This document shows positions 61,301 to 64,000 of a stretch of 64,000 nt of DNA, piece after piece. Under the pieces are notes generated by a model that was given only the letters and a program-made list of their open reading frames with translations, was not told the DNA's origin and did not search any database. Each line of letters starts with the position of its first letter. Positions within the stretch are counted from its first letter, which is position 1. A program made the translations under genes and the position numbers. The DNA comes from Candidatus Omnitrophota bacterium (GTDB lineage Bacteria > Omnitrophota > Gorgyraeia > Duberdicusellales > 4484-171). The DNA lies in assembly GCA_003154195.1 (NCBI GenBank), contig PMCS01000009.1, forward strand, positions 19,014 to 83,013, given 5' to 3'.

Positions 61301-61511
61301 TCTTCAAAAACTCTAAAATCCTTTCTTTCATCTCCACCATCGCTTTATTGGTGAAGGTTATCGCGAGAATATTGCGTAAAGGGCTGCCGCCCGGCGGAAG
61401 GCCGCGGTCAAAGATAAGCTCCAGGTATCGCTTAGCCAGGCAGTAAGTCTTACCTGAACCGGCGGAAGCTTCTACGATAAAAACATGGGCCTTTTCGGAT
61501 ACTTTCTCCAT
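58395..61511 (-). CDS. AddA-like UvrD helicase-nuclease
   Basis: ASAGSGKT, IDEFQDTS, GDRKQAIYRFRG, TVHKAKGLE, YVALTRA, RIDRL..IDFKS. Confidence 0.9.
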   Translation of the reverse strand: MEKVSEKAHVFIVEASAGSGKTYCLAKRYLELIFDRGLPPGGSPLRNILAITFTNKAMVEMKERILEFLKKIALDKFTSPQEKQDILNALNLSEKESPERARAILDELIRHYNFFSVQTIDSFINALLLGCALNIGRSASFGIRRGYADYIEYAFDKAVDETVSDKELLGIFTEFLRHYLFVEARTGWFPKENILEMLRGLFALTNCYGGEFAPYKGGSKDVLAAKKEIFAQLQDLQNHLPEGINGPFGGWLGRFLEKHDDFFDIANLSKLLAQDEPPMNKKKIAPAGFVKKWQALRRKITGLAELDATVAYNPYVRLFAQAQRYFEDFSRKDDVLFLEQLNRFARSLFGEEGLSVAEIYYRLSARYRHYLIDEFQDTSSLQWRNLELMVEDALSAGGTFFYVGDRKQAIYRFRGGEARLFDEVRRGYGRFGAQTSILDTNWRSRQEIVEFNNHIFSRDNLAATLAGDDFGLSAQARREILDTFGNAHQKVSFGKNGGYVRVERVDADSNQARNDFIRPKILEIVASARKRFSLGDIAFLCRDNNDVEAVSSWLIEAGIPVESEKTLDVRRNPHVAALVNLLKFLHSPIDDNSFALFILSDIFTNAAGLPREEAAGFLFGTNSRKAKELPEARLYRLFRKKYPALWGKFFDEFFRSVGFISNYELTVDIYAKFELGRLFPQSQGFFMKLLEVIKKQENDYPGLGDFLKFFESDFPEEDFFVNARLSEAVKVLTVHKAKGLEYNVVVIPFLRMDINPADGKMKSAYVDQAHAPDLGLLRITQAHCLFSETLAAKYEAAYARACVDELNNIYVALTRAKDEIYAFLPKKSANAANLARLFFPGANVELGKPVAGLKSEAKSDMAEYIKPSCYGNWIKLLREEFGDEGSLCRRQVILEGTVLHAIFSRITAPAKGKEKEAVARAINDAKILFPQIDDFSVYEKKALTLLKQPDLKPFFYTDKALVFCEYEVADKRGNLKRIDRLIVAEDAVLIDFKSSKDNFAAHVEQVKEYKEIVGEIYPGKKIKGYLVYFDSGEVEEIK

Positions 61512-61597
61512 AGCGGGTATTATATAGCGTTAAAAAAAATTAAAAACTAAAAAATTTATTGTTGACGCGAAACATTTTATAAAGTATATTAATATCG

Positions 61598-61885
61598 ATG
61601 GAAAAATCTACCGTATTGGAAAGTATTATTAACGAAGTCATGTGCGGTTACTTCCGGGAAGAAAACGATACCTGCAAATGCCCGGCCTGCAAGGAATATA
61701 TCGTCGCCACGCTGATGAAGCGTTTATCCCCCCAATTTGCCGAGATGCTGAAAGATAAAAAGGCGATTCGGGTGCAAGTCGTAGACAATCAAATCAAAGC
61801 CGATGTGATGCGAGAATTCATGTCGGTAATCAGCTCCCTCAAAAACAACCCCCAAGCCAGCATCGGCTGCGTTAACAATAAGTAA
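61598..61885 (+). CDS. ComFB-family-like protein
   Basis: CKCPAC..IVATLMKRLSPQF resembles CxCxxC..ALN.LPP.Y; promoter TTGACG-17-TATATT. Confidence 0.6.
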   Translation: MEKSTVLESIINEVMCGYFREENDTCKCPACKEYIVATLMKRLSPQFAEMLKDKKAIRVQVVDNQIKADVMREFMSVISSLKNNPQASIGCVNNK

Positions 61886-61918
61886 ACCCCGTTAGAGAAC
61901 TTCGTTCTCTAACGGGGT
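61886..61918. repeat. Perfect palindrome between convergent genes (REP-like or bidirectional terminator)
   Basis: ACCCCGTTAGAGAAC-TTC-GTTCTCTAACGGGGT. Confidence 0.8.
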
Positions 61919-61951
61919 AAAGGTAAATTACCAACCCGTTCCTGCAAATAT

Positions 61952-62476
61952 CTAATTTTCTTTATTCACCCTCACAACATTCGGCGAGATTACCAGGCCA
62001 TAAACCAGCAAAAACAAAGAATAAAACAATAGTACCAATCCAAAAATAGTGACGGCCGTCCATAATCCTTTATATTTTATCATCCCTAAATTTATTGCAA
62101 ATTCCTTGGGCAAAATAAGAATGATTATTGATAAGGGGAGGGAAAGAATCAACCGGGGAACCTGGCTATATCCCTGGATATTCATAATCTTCTTAAAAGT
62201 CAAATCTTTCCCAAACATCCTCACGATCATTTTCAGGCAAAAAGCCGTCAAAAGAAAACTCAGAACACCGTAAGCTAAAAAGATCACATATGACAAAAAT
62301 TTTGAATTAAACTTTTCCGCGACTATTCCGAAAAAACCTTTTTGGGCCGCCCGCGCGTAACCAAAATATAATGATATCAAAAAACTAACCCAATAAAACT
62401 TGACGTAAGGAAGATCCAAGAGTGTTTGCTTCGGCTTTACGAACATCCCGATAAGAGCCCTGAGCTGTTCTTTCAT
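61952..62476 (-). CDS. Yip1-like membrane protein
   Basis: MFVKPKQT start, multiple TM helices, GYSQVP; SD AAGGAGG. Confidence 0.7.
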   Translation of the reverse strand: MKEQLRALIGMFVKPKQTLLDLPYVKFYWVSFLISLYFGYARAAQKGFFGIVAEKFNSKFLSYVIFLAYGVLSFLLTAFCLKMIVRMFGKDLTFKKIMNIQGYSQVPRLILSLPLSIIILILPKEFAINLGMIKYKGLWTAVTIFGLVLLFYSLFLLVYGLVISPNVVRVNKEN

Positions 62477-62558
62477 CGTTTTACCTCCTTAATTTGTTTG
62501 CATACTGCGAAACGCACCATGCTGGAATTATAGCATAGATTCGAAAGCCTGTCCCTAC

Positions 62559-63617
62559 CTATATCTCCACCAATTCATAATCCATCGCTCCCAGGCCGAT
62601 GCTCTGGCCGTATTCAAGCTGGCGCAGGTAATTTATCTGGGGGTGGGCTTTTTTCAATGGGTCCTCCTGGTTTTGCGCCAAAATTAAATCAACGCCGGCT
62701 TTATCGATTGCCACCGGGTCGTCGCTGAACAACACGCCGATATCCGGGATAAAACCTTCATCTTCTTTGTTCATGCAATCACACTCAGTAGTAACATAAA
62801 GTAAAAAATTGGCGTAAACGCAGTTCTTCACCGATTTAGCCGCGGCATAGGCGTATTCAGCGACTTTTTCCGAGATAAAATCAGAATCGTTGGCCCAGGA
62901 AATATCTACCGCGCCATAACGGCACACGCTCAGGCATTGGGCGCAGCCGATACACCGTTCTCCGACAATCGCGTATTTGTCACCCTGTTTATCAATTGCT
63001 GCCACGGAACAATTAGCAAAACAGGCGCCGCAGGCGACGCATCGATCTTTATGGATAAAAGGGCTGACCGTGCAATGCTGGGCAAGTTTTCCCCGGCGCG
63101 CCGCGCAGCCCATGCCTAAATTTTTCACCGCGCAGCCAAAACCGGTCAGCATATGGCCGGTCATATGCGATAAAACAATCAGGGAATCGATATCTTTCAG
63201 GATAGCGGCCAGGTAACATTTCTCAAAATGTTTCTTGTAGATTTCCTTTTCGATAAAGTCCGCGCCCTTCATGCCGTCACCGATCATAATCGGCAGGTTA
63301 AGTTTGCCGAAGCCGTGGCCGGCCGCGATACTAAGATGGTCCACGCTGTTGCCGCGCCGGCCGTGATAAAGGGTATTGGTGTCGAATAAAAACGCTTTGG
63401 CGCCCGATTCTTTCAGGAAATGCGCCAGCTTAAACAGGTAATTGGGGTTGATGAAAGATTTATTGCCCCGTTCGCCGAAATGGATTTTCAGGCCTAAAAA
63501 ATCGTTTTTCTTGATCGCAGCGCTAAGGCCGAGGCGTTCAAACCCGTCGAGAACGAGCTGGGGGTTCTTGAAGAAATCTTCGTGGGTCCCTTTTTTGAAA
63601 AATACTTTTGGCTTCAC
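62559..63617 (-). CDS. DUF362 protein with 2x[4Fe-4S] ferredoxin domain
   Basis: KIHFGERGN, DTNTLY, KNLGMGC, CVACGAC..C, CIGCAQC..C, DPVAID. Confidence 0.9.
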   Translation of the reverse strand: MKPKVFFKKGTHEDFFKNPQLVLDGFERLGLSAAIKKNDFLGLKIHFGERGNKSFINPNYLFKLAHFLKESGAKAFLFDTNTLYHGRRGNSVDHLSIAAGHGFGKLNLPIMIGDGMKGADFIEKEIYKKHFEKCYLAAILKDIDSLIVLSHMTGHMLTGFGCAVKNLGMGCAARRGKLAQHCTVSPFIHKDRCVACGACFANCSVAAIDKQGDKYAIVGERCIGCAQCLSVCRYGAVDISWANDSDFISEKVAEYAYAAAKSVKNCVYANFLLYVTTECDCMNKEDEGFIPDIGVLFSDDPVAIDKAGVDLILAQNQEDPLKKAHPQINYLRQLEYGQSIGLGAMDYELVEI

Positions 63618-63789
63618 GCAAATATTATAAGGGAAATAAGCTAATTAGCCATTATTTTTTGTTAATCACCTGCATGCGAACGGACGCTCGTGCCAGTCCC
63701 GCCATAGGCGGGGAATGAATTGTTTCCCGCTTCGCCTTCGGCTTCGCGGGACTCGCTATATGTTTGTATAAAGATGAATCGCGCGCGCA

Positions 63790-63951
63790 AAGGGCGGTCA
63801 ACGGCCATTCGCCTGTGAGACTTACCCCTTAAGAAGAGTTGAGGGAACAATCCGTTCGCGAGAGCGGAAGCCCAACTTCGCGTTCGCGCCGATGTCTCAT
63901 CGGCGCGAACACCTGAACCAGCCGCCCCGCCCCGGTCGGCTTAAGCGACGC
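63790..63951. ncRNA. Possible structured ncRNA (6S-like rod)
   Basis: GGGCGG..CGGC pairs with GCCG..CCGCCC; inner AGTTG..GGG / CCCAACT stem with central open region; strand unresolved. Confidence 0.3.
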
Positions 63952-64000
63952 GGCAAATTATTCTATAGCCTCCCGAACGGCAGGATCGTAAACCTTCAAG

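Noticed and set aside
63958-63999. C-terminal tail of a minus-strand gene (LKVYDPAVREAIE*)
   Set aside because: Plausible but only 13 codons at the window edge; cannot be supported.

Overview
Bacterial chromosomal window, probably from the PVC superphylum and most likely Omnitrophota. That is an inference from the PVC-type small basic protein and from a large secreted modular protein of the type described in that phylum. 1-10.7 kb holds a porin and two tandem pst/phoU phosphate-uptake operons; the second has a matched-degenerate PstB pair. 10.9-23.1 kb is a + strand housekeeping/signalling run (HD-GYP, PilZ proteins, aroB, an inverted-repeat-bounded HUH/RAYT transposase). A dif-like site at 23561-23588 sits where gene orientation flips. 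The remainder is mostly minus strand: a 1495-aa cassette-like secreted protein, a PilZ-PilT fusion, a full EF-G fused to an N-terminal transmembrane anchor, coiled coil and disordered tether, nadA, GSIII, rpmB and TA modules. The addA- and addB-like genes are separated by about 5 kb of accessory genes with repeats at the junctions. Intergenic DNA is dense in several families of palindromic repeats. No rRNA, tRNA or CRISPR array was seen; a possible 6S-like RNA lies at the right end. The strongest novelty candidates are the membrane-tethered EF-G, the AASP-delimited cargo protein, the repeat-delimited cassette block, and the HUH element with nested end duplications. All calls were made by eye from motifs, with no database searches.
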